Assembly (NCBI GenBank): GCA_963663805.2 | Contig: CAXXMR010000020.1 | Location: 96,001-160,000, forward strand | Reading direction: 5' to 3' | DNA: 64,000 bases | From: Sedimentisphaerales bacterium | GTDB lineage: Bacteria > Planctomycetota > Phycisphaerae > Sedimentisphaerales > SM23-30 | Part shown: piece after piece, positions 1-9,619 of the stretch | Layout of the letters: each line of letters begins with the position of its first letter | Numbering within the stretch: position 1 is the stretch's first letter | Notes under the pieces: model-generated | Database searches by the model: none | What the model was told of the DNA's origin: nothing | What the model saw: only the letters and a program-made list of their open reading frames with translations | Translations under genes and position numbers: made by a program

Positions 1-1
1 C

Positions 2-295
2 GCCCGGACCCAGGAGCGGGAAGCTAAGAAAACAGCCAATAAACTCAGTCGTCAGGCGGCGGTCCAGGAGCGGCCCCGCCGGTTGACATTCAAGGAGAAG
101 AAAGAGCTCGAATCTCTGCCGGAGCTAATCGAGCGGCTGGAGGTTGAACAGCGGCATTTGCACGATGAGATGTCTGACCCGGAGTTTTATAAGAAAGGTT
201 CTGATGTTTCCCTGACAACCGAGAGGCTCGGGGATTTGGATGTAAAACTGCAAATTGCTTATTTTCGGTGGGAAGAATTGGAAGCTTTGGCGTAA
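2..295 (+). CDS. ABC-F ATPase (Uup-like), C-terminal part only
   Basis: Frame open from the window edge; RRLTFKEKKELESLPELIERLE...DPEFY...AYFRWEELE matches the Uup/ABC-F C-terminal coiled coil. Confidence 0.85.
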   Translation, partial: ARTQEREAKKTANKLSRQAAVQERPRRLTFKEKKELESLPELIERLEVEQRHLHDEMSDPEFYKKGSDVSLTTERLGDLDVKLQIAYFRWEELEALA

Positions 296-579
296 TTAGG
301 AATATGCCTTTTAAACGCAATAGGCAGGTTTTTTTGGGGGTAGCAGCGCGAATTTGCCTTTTGATGGTGATTTTTTCGTGTTTTTTGGGATTTTTTTTGG
401 GGGAAAACGCGTTTTTCTCGTTTTTTTGACGTTTTTTCGTTTTTTTAGCGAAATGCAACTATACTATATCACCTTTTTGTGGCTATTTTTACCCAAAAAG
501 TATCATATAATATGGTTTTGGCAAAAAGGGTATCTGCCAAACCTTTCAATCTGGCTTTCAGGGTTATCTCAGCAGCGAT

Positions 580-720
580 TCTCAGTTCAGCTATACTTGG
601 GATGTCTTCGGTCGGATTACCTCGGTAACTAACGAGACCGCCGCCGGTACGCCCAAGAAGAAGGTGAAATACATCTACGATGCCCTGGGCCGCAGGGTGG
701 CCGAACAGTACGAGAATCTT
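580..720 (+). pseudogene. Frameshifted upstream remnant of Rhs core
   Basis: Frame 1 reads SYTWDVFGRITSV...KYIYDALGRRVAE (YD-repeat motifs) and is out of frame with ORF 680-2080; no start or N-terminal Rhs region upstream. Confidence 0.75.
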
Positions 721-2080
721 GAGCTCCAGCGAATGGGTGGACCGTTATCTGGTTTATGACGGCCTGAAACTCGCCGCGGAGTTCGAGCTGGACCCGGCCG
801 GTGAGCTTCTCCGCCGCTATATCTATGACGGCCAGAGCAGCAGCCCTGCGATCTTCATTGACTATACCCCTGAGTTCTCTGACGATTTCTACGCCGTCCT
901 CACCGATGACCGCGGCAGCGTTATGGGGCTGGTCACGGATGATGGTACGCTGGTTGAGCAGCTATACTACAACTCAACCGGTCTGTGCAAATCCTGGGAT
1001 CCGGCAAGCAACAGTTGGAATACCCATCCTGACAATGCCGCTTACAATCTCGGCCGCAGTGAATATATTCCGTTTGGTTACCTCGGCATGTACCGCGACC
1101 GCTTCACGGGTAAATACCATACCCACTACCGAGAATACGACCCCGTCCACGCCCGCTGGCTCAGCGAAGACCCGGCCGGATACGCCGACGGCCTGAACCT
1201 CTATAATGCCTATATGGGCGTTAATGGGGTTGATCCGTTGGGGCTGGAAACGCCTTGGCGTAAAAAAGCAAATAGCATTACTTCGGAATATAAACGATTT
1301 GTGGAAGCTCGAGAGGCCTATTTGAATGGCGGCGGTTCTCTGGAGAGTATTTACAAAGATAAATTTGGTGATTATCCTGAATATTATTATACCGGCAAGC
1401 AAACTGCTACAGCATATGACCCCGATATTCATACTTCCTGGGACGGAGTTTTAATATCGCATAGCGATTATGCTGAGAGAATCGCAAACCTCGAACAATC
1501 ACAACCCTGGTGGGAAGAAAATCCAACTTTACATAATTTTGAGCATTTAGCTCTCGACGTAATAGGAACTTTTGATCCATCACCTGCAACTGATATTTAT
1601 CACGCTGGAGTACATGCTGCTCACGGTGAAATGCGTGATGCAAAAATCACTTTCATTGTTGCTCTTGGCGGTGCCCTTTTGGCCGATGCTCTTAAATTTG
1701 GCAAATACAGTGATGAGGTAGGTGATTATGCTGAAATGTTCGAAAACATATCCGCCAAAAATGTTGACAATGCTGCTGATTTAGGACAGACTGCTAAAGG
1801 TGGCACTTATGTGTTGAAGGATGGAAGGTCTGGTCAAATAATGCGTTCTGGCAGAAGTAATAATTTACTTCGTCGCAGGGCTGAACATTCTCGTGATCCA
1901 CTATTGAAGGATTATATGTTTGAACCAGTTCACCGAACAGATGTATATAAACAACAAAGAGGATTAGAACAATTTCTTCATGATATGCATAATCCTCCAT
2001 TAAACAAGGTGCGGCCGATAAGCCCCAAAAATCCGAGACGTCAGAAATATATTGACGCTGCTGAGGAGTTTTTAAAATGA
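680..2080 (+). CDS. Orphan Rhs module 1: core end plus GIY-YIG-like nuclease toxin
   Basis: Rhs core motifs REYDP..RWLSEDP.G..DG.NLY...N..DPLGL; C-terminus GGTYVL..RSGRS.NL.RR..EH..RGLEQ..LNK resembles GIY-YIG; true start uncertain. Confidence 0.85.
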   Translation: MPWAAGWPNSTRILSSSEWVDRYLVYDGLKLAAEFELDPAGELLRRYIYDGQSSSPAIFIDYTPEFSDDFYAVLTDDRGSVMGLVTDDGTLVEQLYYNSTGLCKSWDPASNSWNTHPDNAAYNLGRSEYIPFGYLGMYRDRFTGKYHTHYREYDPVHARWLSEDPAGYADGLNLYNAYMGVNGVDPLGLETPWRKKANSITSEYKRFVEAREAYLNGGGSLESIYKDKFGDYPEYYYTGKQTATAYDPDIHTSWDGVLISHSDYAERIANLEQSQPWWEENPTLHNFEHLALDVIGTFDPSPATDIYHAGVHAAHGEMRDAKITFIVALGGALLADALKFGKYSDEVGDYAEMFENISAKNVDNAADLGQTAKGGTYVLKDGRSGQIMRSGRSNNLLRRRAEHSRDPLLKDYMFEPVHRTDVYKQQRGLEQFLHDMHNPPLNKVRPISPKNPRRQKYIDAAEEFLK

Positions 2081-2538
2081 AACAGTTACCATATGTGGAA
2101 AGTACGGTTTTTCTTGTGCCGCTTAAAAGTGGTGGATTTGCGCGAGGTGTCGTAGCGCGTTCCAGCAAAAAAGGAAAAGTATTGTTTGGATATTTTTTTG
2201 GGCCTGCACTTAAATCAACTAATATGGTGCCTTTGGATGATTTGGATCCCGAGAAGGCAATAATGCGAGTTATCTTTGGTGACCTTGGATTAATCAATGG
2301 AGAATGGGAAATCGTTGGCACAATTCCCGACTGGAAACGTGCCGAATGGTCCATGCCTGACTTTGTACGACGCGACCCAATCTCAAAGAGAGCATTTTTA
2401 GTACGCTACTCTGACACGGACCCCAACATGCTACTGGGAGAGTGTCCAACGGATTATAATTCCAAACTAGAATCAGATTCAATGTATGGATATGGTGCTG
2501 TTGAAACTCGACTTTCGGATCTTTTGGAAGGTGATTGA
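2077..2538 (+). CDS. Immunity protein, Imm26-like
   Basis: ATGA overlap with toxin stop; VFLVPL..GGFARGVVAR...LFGYFF pattern. Confidence 0.75.
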   Translation: MKQLPYVESTVFLVPLKSGGFARGVVARSSKKGKVLFGYFFGPALKSTNMVPLDDLDPEKAIMRVIFGDLGLINGEWEIVGTIPDWKRAEWSMPDFVRRDPISKRAFLVRYSDTDPNMLLGECPTDYNSKLESDSMYGYGAVETRLSDLLEGD

Positions 2539-2574
2539 TGTCAAAATAAGCAAAAACATACCGGGAGGGTTAAA

Positions 2575-2640
2575 TATTCCCGGTACATTTTTTGATACAA
2601 CGCTCTTTGACAATTGAATAAGGTTTGAAGTTTTACCGAT
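2575..2640 (+). repeat. Inter-cassette spacer copy (CCGGTACATTT + boxA-like CGCTCTTTGACAA + GAATAAGGTTTGAAGTT)
   Basis: Near-identical to 4421-4485 and 11268-11340. Confidence 0.9.
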
Positions 2641-2655
2641 GACCGCGGTAGCGTC

Positions 2656-3921
2656 ATGGGGCTGGTCAAAGAAGACGGTACGCTGGTTGAGCAGCTATAT
2701 TACAACTCAACCGGTCTGTGCAAATCCTGGGATCCCTCCGGCGGCGGCAACTGGAATACTCATCCTGACAATGCCGCTTACAATCTCGGCCGCAGTGAAT
2801 ATATTCCGTTTGGCTATCTGGGCATGTACCGCGACCGCTTTACGGGTAAATACCACACTCACTTCCGCGAATACGACCCGCTCCACGCCCGCTGGCTCAG
2901 CGAAGACCCGGCCGGATACGCCGATGGTCTGAATCTTTATAATGCCTATATGGGTGTTAATGGGATTGATCCGTTGGGGCTGGAAATATCCAAACGGGAG
3001 ATGATGGAAGCGTACAGCGATATCTTCGGTTATGACGACATCCTATTGCGAGCATTTATAGCTTCCGGCCATAGTTTTGATATGGGGGATGTTCTGGGCG
3101 ATTGGGATGTTGACCGCTCTTGGTTCACTAAAGGCCAGCCATTAGACATCGAAATCGAGGAAGACCTTGATGCTGTAACCGCCGCTTTTTATCTCCGAAA
3201 AGCTTTCTTTCAGGCTTTGGGCGATAGCCGGGAAATGCGTAAGAATGTTCTTTCCATGAAATACGGCTCTAATGACCCCGGGGCCTTCAAAGGTTCGGAT
3301 TCTTACTTTAGGGCAGGTGAATGGGCCGCAGAACTGAAACAGTTAGAAGCAATTGCCGCCGCAAATATGTCCGTAGATGCCGCCGCCATGGCAGAGGCCT
3401 ACTTTAGCATCCCGGCCATTATGAGCGAAGGAGCCGATTTTGTCAGCACTGTCGCCGAAGTCTGCGATGGCAACTACTACGCCCTTGCCGGCCTGCTACC
3501 CTTTGTACCCTCAACAGTCAAAATGGTTGACAATTTCAAAGGAAGTGTAGACAATGTTGTTGGCTTGAGCCGAGTTCGAAAAGTAAATAATCGCCTTCCG
3601 ATAAATGCGAAGAATTATGCAGGTCGTTATGTGCCACTTGAGGATTTGCCTGTTGCTATCCGAGGCAAATATCCAAACAGTGTATTCTTCTCCAAGGCAG
3701 GCTATCCGGATTTTGCAAGATATGCAAAAGCACAGGTTAGAATAGAACCAACCGGCCAAAGGATAAAGGATTTTCGTTTAGCCAACAAGGCTGCCGGTTT
3801 CAAAAAAACGCCTGATGGTTTCACTTGGCATCATCACCAAGAGACAGGTATTATGCAGTTAGTTCCAAATGATTTACATAAAAATGTTAGACATACTGGC
3901 GGTATTGCTATCGGTAATTAA
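2656..3921 (+). CDS. Orphan Rhs module 2: core end, helical linker, WHH-type HNH nuclease toxin
   Basis: DPLGL boundary; GYPDF...ANKAAG...TPDGFTWHH.Q..GIMQLVP..LH....HTGG. Confidence 0.9.
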   Translation: MGLVKEDGTLVEQLYYNSTGLCKSWDPSGGGNWNTHPDNAAYNLGRSEYIPFGYLGMYRDRFTGKYHTHFREYDPLHARWLSEDPAGYADGLNLYNAYMGVNGIDPLGLEISKREMMEAYSDIFGYDDILLRAFIASGHSFDMGDVLGDWDVDRSWFTKGQPLDIEIEEDLDAVTAAFYLRKAFFQALGDSREMRKNVLSMKYGSNDPGAFKGSDSYFRAGEWAAELKQLEAIAAANMSVDAAAMAEAYFSIPAIMSEGADFVSTVAEVCDGNYYALAGLLPFVPSTVKMVDNFKGSVDNVVGLSRVRKVNNRLPINAKNYAGRYVPLEDLPVAIRGKYPNSVFFSKAGYPDFARYAKAQVRIEPTGQRIKDFRLANKAAGFKKTPDGFTWHHHQETGIMQLVPNDLHKNVRHTGGIAIGN

Positions 3922-3948
3922 TATTATGATGAATCAAAAGGTTGAGTT

Positions 3949-4404
3949 ATGGTAAAAATGACGGATTCACTGGGACCAATTTCAGAAAAAGATATTGTGG
4001 AGTTAGAAAGTATATATAAAATTCAGCTCCCCATAAATTATAGGAATTTCTTGATTAAATATAATGGTGGTCGCCCAGAGCCAGATTGTTTTAATTTTAA
4101 GGATGGGACATCAGGATCTGACATAAATATGTTTTTTGGGCTATGCAAAGATTACAACTATAATTTGACAGCCCAAATCGAAATATTTAAAGATAGAATA
4201 CCCTACTCCTTATTTTCAATTGCCGAGGATTCTGGAGGAAATATCATTTGTATAGGTATAAAAGGCGAGTATTTAGGTAAAATATATTTTTGGGACCACG
4301 AGCTTGAAGCGGATGTTGGGGAAGTTCCCGATTTTTCAAATATAACTTTAATTGCGGACAGCTTTCAAGAATTTCTGGATGGCCTCTACGATCTTGAGGT
4401 ATAG
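3949..4404 (+). CDS. SMI1/KNR4 (SUKH) immunity protein
   Basis: I..LE....I.LP..YR.FL..YNGG...IAEDSGGN.IC......GKIYFWDHE...IADSF.EFL. Confidence 0.92.
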   Translation: MVKMTDSLGPISEKDIVELESIYKIQLPINYRNFLIKYNGGRPEPDCFNFKDGTSGSDINMFFGLCKDYNYNLTAQIEIFKDRIPYSLFSIAEDSGGNIICIGIKGEYLGKIYFWDHELEADVGEVPDFSNITLIADSFQEFLDGLYDLEV

Positions 4405-4420
4405 GTTGGGGATAAATCGT

Positions 4421-4485
4421 AAGGTCCCCGGTACATTTTTGGCATAATGCTCTTTGGCAATTGAATAAGGTTTGAAGTTCTAACC
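4421..4485 (+). repeat. Inter-cassette spacer copy
   Basis: AAGGTCCCCGGTACATTTTT...TGCTCTTTGGCAATTGAATAAGGTTTGAAGTT. Confidence 0.9.
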
Positions 4486-4503
4486 GATGACCGCGGCAGC
4501 GTT

Positions 4504-5727
4504 ATGGGGCTGGTCAAGGATGATGGTACGCTGGTGGAGCAGCTATATTACAACTCTACCGGTCTGTGCAAATCCTGGGATCCCTCCGGCGGCGGCAGTT
4601 GGAATACTCATCCTGACAATGCCGCTTACAATCTCGGCCGCAGTGAATATATTCCGTTCGGTTACCTCGGCATGTACCGCGACCGCTTCACCGGGAAATA
4701 TCACACGCACTTCCGCGAATACGACCCGCTCCACGCCCGCTGGCTCAGCGAAGACCCGGCCGGATACGCCGACGGCCTGAACCTCTACAACGCCTATATG
4801 GGCGTTAATGGGATTGATCCGTTGGGGCTTGACCGTCAGCAGCCCTGGGACTGGCATCATTTGTTCCCTCAGGCTGTTTTCGGAGATGGCGGCTTGTTCT
4901 CCAGTTCTTACATTCAGAAATTAGGAATGAAAATCGCCGGGTTTGAAAAAAATAGTGATTTCATCGACCAATACGGTATGATTATGCTAACCGAGGACCA
5001 TAAAGCATTGAATAATAAACGGTACAATAAATATTGGATGGATTGGGTTAAAAAATTGTCCGATGAAGGGATCAAGGAAATTACCCCTCAAATGTTCAAG
5101 AAGAAATTAGCTGAGGTTGTCGGAAAGACCAAATGGGGTTCTATGCTCAACAAAGGGCTCTCTTGTGGAGATGTTACCTATAAAACCTGGAATAGTTTTA
5201 GTGCTGTGGGCAGGTCCGGTGCAATGCGTACTATACTTGCTCGTCATTCGGCCACAAATAGCAATAAGGTTAAAGTTCTGAGCCATCAATGGAAACAATG
5301 GAATAAAGTAAATGATATTGGCGCGGACTTCATAAATGCCGCGAGAAAAGCCAGCAAGTCTAAGAAAATTATGCAAAAAGTTGGCGGCAAGGCAATGCGT
5401 GCCATTGCCCCTCTTGCTTTTATCATCGCCATGTATTCTGCAGAAGACTCACAGGCTGCTTCTGTAGCTGCCGCTGAACTTGCAGTTGATTTTGTACCTG
5501 TTGTAGGTTGGGGCAAGGCGATGTATGATGTTGCTCTAAAAGATGTAACTACAGATGTAGTCCAGGCGCATATGTATAATTATTATAAAGAACAAGATGT
5601 ATTTATGGAAACAGTCATGGGCTCAACCAATGATTCTAATGCTATCAACTGGGGATTCGATAGACATACATATTACCTAGACTTTTTTAATCCGATTGAA
5701 GCTCAACGAAGAAGGTCGAATAGATGA
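4504..5727 (+). CDS. Orphan Rhs module 3: core end plus HHLFPQ (DUF2380/AHH-like) putative nuclease and hydrophobic tail
   Basis: DPLGL followed by WHHLFPQ...H....YN..W; toxin family assignment tentative. Confidence 0.8.
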   Translation: MGLVKDDGTLVEQLYYNSTGLCKSWDPSGGGSWNTHPDNAAYNLGRSEYIPFGYLGMYRDRFTGKYHTHFREYDPLHARWLSEDPAGYADGLNLYNAYMGVNGIDPLGLDRQQPWDWHHLFPQAVFGDGGLFSSSYIQKLGMKIAGFEKNSDFIDQYGMIMLTEDHKALNNKRYNKYWMDWVKKLSDEGIKEITPQMFKKKLAEVVGKTKWGSMLNKGLSCGDVTYKTWNSFSAVGRSGAMRTILARHSATNSNKVKVLSHQWKQWNKVNDIGADFINAARKASKSKKIMQKVGGKAMRAIAPLAFIIAMYSAEDSQAASVAAAELAVDFVPVVGWGKAMYDVALKDVTTDVVQAHMYNYYKEQDVFMETVMGSTNDSNAINWGFDRHTYYLDFFNPIEAQRRRSNR

Positions 5728-6419
5728 TAATTTATATAATTGGCATAAAATTTGAGTATGGAACAGAAGAAGACCCAATACATTCATTTCATGAAGAAAT
5801 GTTCCATGGCGAAAATCTCCGATACGTGGATGGTCTATTAAAACCAGATTATCATCTTGGTGAAGAAATAAAATCTCCCATGAAAATAATAAAGAATGTC
5901 TATAAGATGCCGAAGCTTTTTAGTCCAGATCTCTCGCTTGTGGTTTCGGAACAACTACGCGAAAAATTAAGCACTTTCCCTCATATAGAATTTGTTAAAG
6001 TTGAATTCGTTAAGCTTTTTGAATTTCCTTATGAGCCAAATGATTTTTCCTTTTACGACATCAAAGGCTTTAAAACTCCTGACAAATTCATCAAGAAACA
6101 ACGCCACAATAAAAAACTTAAAGATAAAATCGGTGATTATTACGAAATGGTAATCGCTCGCTATCGAGATTTCGTTGATAATTTCAAGAATCTTAGCACC
6201 TACAAACTATCGATTGACTATTTTGATGATGAAGAAATGAATGAGCTCGGCTTCTCTAAAGAGCTTTTGGACGAATATCCAATTTTTAGAAAATGGGGAA
6301 CAATTTTCACAGAACCTGTTTTTAATATATTAAAAGATTATATTGACCCTAATTATTACTTTGTGAAGCAATATGATTTATCCGAAGGTCCCAATCCTCA
6401 ATCGAAGATGATTATATAG
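5724..6419 (+). CDS. Putative immunity protein (possibly Imm11/DUF1629-like)
   Basis: ATGA overlap with toxin 3; AT-rich; LVVSE.LRE.L motif. Confidence 0.7.
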   Translation: MIIYIIGIKFEYGTEEDPIHSFHEEMFHGENLRYVDGLLKPDYHLGEEIKSPMKIIKNVYKMPKLFSPDLSLVVSEQLREKLSTFPHIEFVKVEFVKLFEFPYEPNDFSFYDIKGFKTPDKFIKKQRHNKKLKDKIGDYYEMVIARYRDFVDNFKNLSTYKLSIDYFDDEEMNELGFSKELLDEYPIFRKWGTIFTEPVFNILKDYIDPNYYFVKQYDLSEGPNPQSKMII

Positions 6420-6456
6420 GCATGAAAACACGGGATAGTTAACATGCCCGATTAAT

Positions 6457-6735
6457 GCAATGCTCTTTAACAATTGAATAAGGTAAATCGGTCGCTGGTA
6501 ATCCGATTGATGTATCTGAATCAGAAATCAGAGTTCAGATGTCAGAGATCAGCAGAAAAAAACTTGAACCACAAAATACACTAAACACCCGAAAGTAATA
6601 CATTTCTTTTTTTCGTGTAGTTCGTGTATTTCCCTACGGGGCTCTCCGCTTCGCTCCGTGTCGTGGTTTAATATCTTAGCAGTGGCCGTTAAAAATCCGC
6701 GTAATCCGGGAAGAATTAAATGTACCGGACACCTT
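6457..6735 (+). repeat. Repeated ~270-bp intergenic block (boxA-like motif, 7-bp TCAGAG-type repeats, 9-bp TTCGTG/ATCCGCG-type repeats, IS target)
   Basis: Recurs at ~9254-9540 and partly at 14518-14700. Confidence 0.85.
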
Positions 6736-6754
6736 CCTATGAAGCCAGATGTGT

Positions 6755-7110
6755 CAAGGTTGATTTTAGTTTTTTTTATTTTCTTTTTTTTCACTTTACG
6801 TACCTTTTCTGCGGCTCGGTTATGATCGGTCGTCTCATGCTCCTATTCAGGTTGCCGCGGGATTATTTGATTTTTGCGGGCCTATTAAACTTATACGGCA
6901 GTCGGCCTATTCTTAAGTGCGGGCTCTGATGGCCCAAGGTGTCCGTCAGGCTCGACTGTATTCGATCTCGATCACTTAAGAGCTTCAATCATATTCGTTT
7001 TGTTTTTCTTGCGGTCGTCAGATTGTGGTTAATCTGGTTATTGTAAACGGTTCTTCATTTTCGGCGTCAGCCGGGGGGAAACTGGCAAGGATGCGGCCTG
7101 AGCCGGATTC
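6755..7110 (-). ncRNA. Candidate bridge/seek RNA region, copy 1
   Basis: ~380-nt non-coding end; stem CTTAAGTG/CACTTAAG (6912-6980) encloses AAGGTGTCCG (6936-6945), the reverse complement of flank 6726-6735; RNA ends unknown. Confidence 0.65.
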
Positions 7111-7116
7111 ATTTTA

Positions 7117-8220
7117 TTATTGAGCGCATCTCTGAGGTGTTGGGGTCAGTCGATTACTCCTTGGATTAGCTGAGGTTTTTTGTATTTTATATTTCCAGGG
7201 TTTATGGTCGCGCAGCATGGCCCAGCAGCGAATAAGCAAATGTCGAGCAACGGCGATTATGGCTATTTTTCGTCGTTTAGCGCTGCCTCGGCTGACGCGT
7301 AAGTATATCTCTCGGGCCCAATCGTATCGCAAAGCGGCCCAACTGGCCTGAACTAATAACGCCCTCAAAAGAGGATTGCCGCGTTTGCTGATACGTCCGG
7401 TACGATCCATTTGGCCGGACTGATAGCGGCGGGGAGTAAAACCGACATAACTGCTAACCTGGCGGCTGTTTTTGAAACGGTGAGGGTCATCAATAACCGC
7501 GACTATCGCCTCAGCGGTGCGGGGACCTACTCCTACGGCGGTTTGTAACAACTTTACTTTTTCCGATTTGTCATTGAGTTGGTTGAGTTTTTCGCTGGTC
7601 TGGTCGAGACAGTTTTTTAGAGCCTCCAGTTGTTTCAGCTCCAGGTCCAGTTGACCGCGCCAGAGTTCTTCGGGGTTATCTATTTGGGCGAAGGGCTGAG
7701 CCAGTGTTTCTATTTGATGGAGATGTTTTTTTGTCCAGCAGCTTTTGCCATCGGGCAGGTCTATGGCCATGGTAGTCATCAGGGCCCGGATGCTGTTTTT
7801 GACCTGCGTCTGACGATTGACAAGCTTTTGGCGATAATAGATGAGACTGCGTTTTTGACGAACCGGTTTATTGGGGACATGAACTTCAGGAAAGAAGCCG
7901 TGATGATACATCATAGCCAGGCGGTGAGCATCATCTTTGTCAGACTTGTTGGGATTGTTGGTCCATTTCCAGGCGGGATGATTGACGTTGGCAACTTTGA
8001 ATTGCAGCCCCATCGCCGTGAGCATGTCCGCCAGCCAGCCGGCCTGAGAACCGACCTCGAAAAGTACAATGGAATTTTCAGGAGCCAGCTCCGCGAAAAT
8101 GTCGTGGAACTGCGGCGGCGAAGTTTTGACGGTCGCGTATTTGGTTGTCAAAGAGCCGGTCTCCAGCGTGCAAAATGCGCTCTTGCGTTTACCCAGGTCG
8201 ATTGCTACAATAGTTTCCAT
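7117..8220 (-). CDS. IS110-family DEDD recombinase/transposase
   Basis: AIDLGK, FE, KSDKDDA, GVGP.TA, YVGF.P..YQSG....GRISKRGN..LR..L, AIIAVAR.L. Confidence 0.97.
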   Translation of the reverse strand: METIVAIDLGKRKSAFCTLETGSLTTKYATVKTSPPQFHDIFAELAPENSIVLFEVGSQAGWLADMLTAMGLQFKVANVNHPAWKWTNNPNKSDKDDAHRLAMMYHHGFFPEVHVPNKPVRQKRSLIYYRQKLVNRQTQVKNSIRALMTTMAIDLPDGKSCWTKKHLHQIETLAQPFAQIDNPEELWRGQLDLELKQLEALKNCLDQTSEKLNQLNDKSEKVKLLQTAVGVGPRTAEAIVAVIDDPHRFKNSRQVSSYVGFTPRRYQSGQMDRTGRISKRGNPLLRALLVQASWAALRYDWAREIYLRVSRGSAKRRKIAIIAVARHLLIRCWAMLRDHKPWKYKIQKTSANPRSNRLTPTPQRCAQ

Positions 8221-8355
8221 GGTCAGATGCTCCTTAATCCTTGTGAAGAATAAAGTTGTGGTGCCCCAGCGGCAACCACGCCGGGACGATTATAACATAA
8301 TTCGTCCCGGAGCATCTGGCTTTCATAGTTTCTTAATTTCCCCTTTAATTTCCCC

Positions 8356-8521
8356 CCAGGCGCATATGTATAATTATTATAAAGAACAAGATGTATTTAT
8401 GGAAACGGTCATGGGCTCAACTAATGAGTTTGATGCTGTCAACTGGGGATTAAATAGGCACACATATCACCTTAATCGTTTTAATCCGATTGAAGCCCAA
8501 CAAAGAAAGTCGAATAGATGA
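8356..8521 (+). pseudogene. Diverged 3' fragment of a toxin-3-like gene
   Basis: Matches 5562-5727 (QAHMYNYYKEQDVF...SNR) with several substitutions. Confidence 0.85.
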
Positions 8522-9216
8522 TAATTTATATAATTGGCAACAAACTTGCAGGGTATCTAGACAATCCTACGATACATACATTTCAAGGCGAAATGTTTTG
8601 TGGCGAAAATATCCGATACGTGAATGGTCTATTAAAACCAGATTATAATCTTGGTGAAGAAATAAAATCACCTATGAAACTGATTAAAAACGTCTACAAA
8701 ATGCCGGATCTGTTCAGCCCCCACTCAACGGTATTTGTTGTATCAGAAAAACTTCGGAAACAATTGGCTATTTTTCCACACATTGAATTTATTAAAGTGG
8801 AATTTATCAAGCTTTTTGAATTTCCTTATGAGCCAAATGATTTTTCCTTTTATGATATCAAAGGCTTTAAGGACCCAGAAAGTTTTATTAAAAAACAACG
8901 TCACAATAAAAAACTCAAGGATCAAATCGGCGATTATTATGAAATGGTAATTGCTCGTTATCAGGATTTTGCTGATAAGTTCAAAAATCTTAACACCTGT
9001 AAACTATCGATAGACTATTTTGATGATGAAGAAATGAGCGAGCTAAGGTTTTCAAGAGAACTTTTTGAGGCATATCCAATTTTTTGGGAATGGAAAACTA
9101 TTTTAACAGAACCCGTATTCGATGTATTAAAAGATTATATTGACCCTAATTATTACTTTGTAAAACAATATGATTTATCCGAAGGTTCCAATCCTCAATC
9201 AAAGATGATTATATAG
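8518..9216 (+). CDS. Orphan immunity protein, paralogue of 5724-6419
   Basis: Full-length similarity to 5724-6419, divergent N-terminal segment. Confidence 0.8.
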   Translation: MIIYIIGNKLAGYLDNPTIHTFQGEMFCGENIRYVNGLLKPDYNLGEEIKSPMKLIKNVYKMPDLFSPHSTVFVVSEKLRKQLAIFPHIEFIKVEFIKLFEFPYEPNDFSFYDIKGFKDPESFIKKQRHNKKLKDQIGDYYEMVIARYQDFADKFKNLNTCKLSIDYFDDEEMSELRFSRELFEAYPIFWEWKTILTEPVFDVLKDYIDPNYYFVKQYDLSEGSNPQSKMII

Positions 9217-9520
9217 GCATGAAAACACGGGATAGTTAACATGCCCGATTAATGCAATGCTCTTTAACAATTGAATAAGGTAAATCGGTCGCTGGTAATC
9301 AGATTGACATATCTGAATCAGAAATCAGAGTTCAGAGTTCAGATGTCAGAGATCAGCAGAAAAAAACTTGAACCACAAAATGCACTAAACACCCGAAAGT
9401 CATACATTTCTTTTTTTCGTGTCGTTCGTGTATTTCCCTACGGGGCTCTCCGCTTCGCTCCGTGTCGTGGTTTAATATCTTAGCAGTGGCCGTTAAAAAT
9501 CCGCGTAATCCGGAAGAATT

Positions 9521-9601
9521 AAATGTACCGGACACCTTTAATTTCCCCTTTAATTTCCGGACACCTTTAATTTCCCCTTTAATTTCCATACCGGACACCT
9601 T
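9521..9601 (+). repeat. Tandem/nested copies of the IS target motif
   Basis: GGACACCTTTAATTTCCCCTTTAATTTCC x2 (9530-9587), then ATACCGGACACCTT abutting the IS. Confidence 0.9.
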
Positions 9602-9619
9602 CCTATGAAGCCAGATGTG

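Larger units (their letters stand above)
6736..8332 (-). mobile_element. IS110-family element, IS1111 type, copy 1 (1597 bp)
   Basis: Sub-terminal IRs CTATGAAGCCAGATG (6737-6751) / CATCTGGCTTTCATAG (8313-8328); long non-coding region 3' of the transposase; no target duplication. Confidence 0.9.

Noticed and set aside
90..632. ORFs 90-458 (-) and 354-632 (+)
   Set aside because: Products of a T-rich low-complexity intergenic stretch
8069..8521. 150-aa ORF
   Set aside because: Chimeric read-through from the IS left end into the toxin fragment
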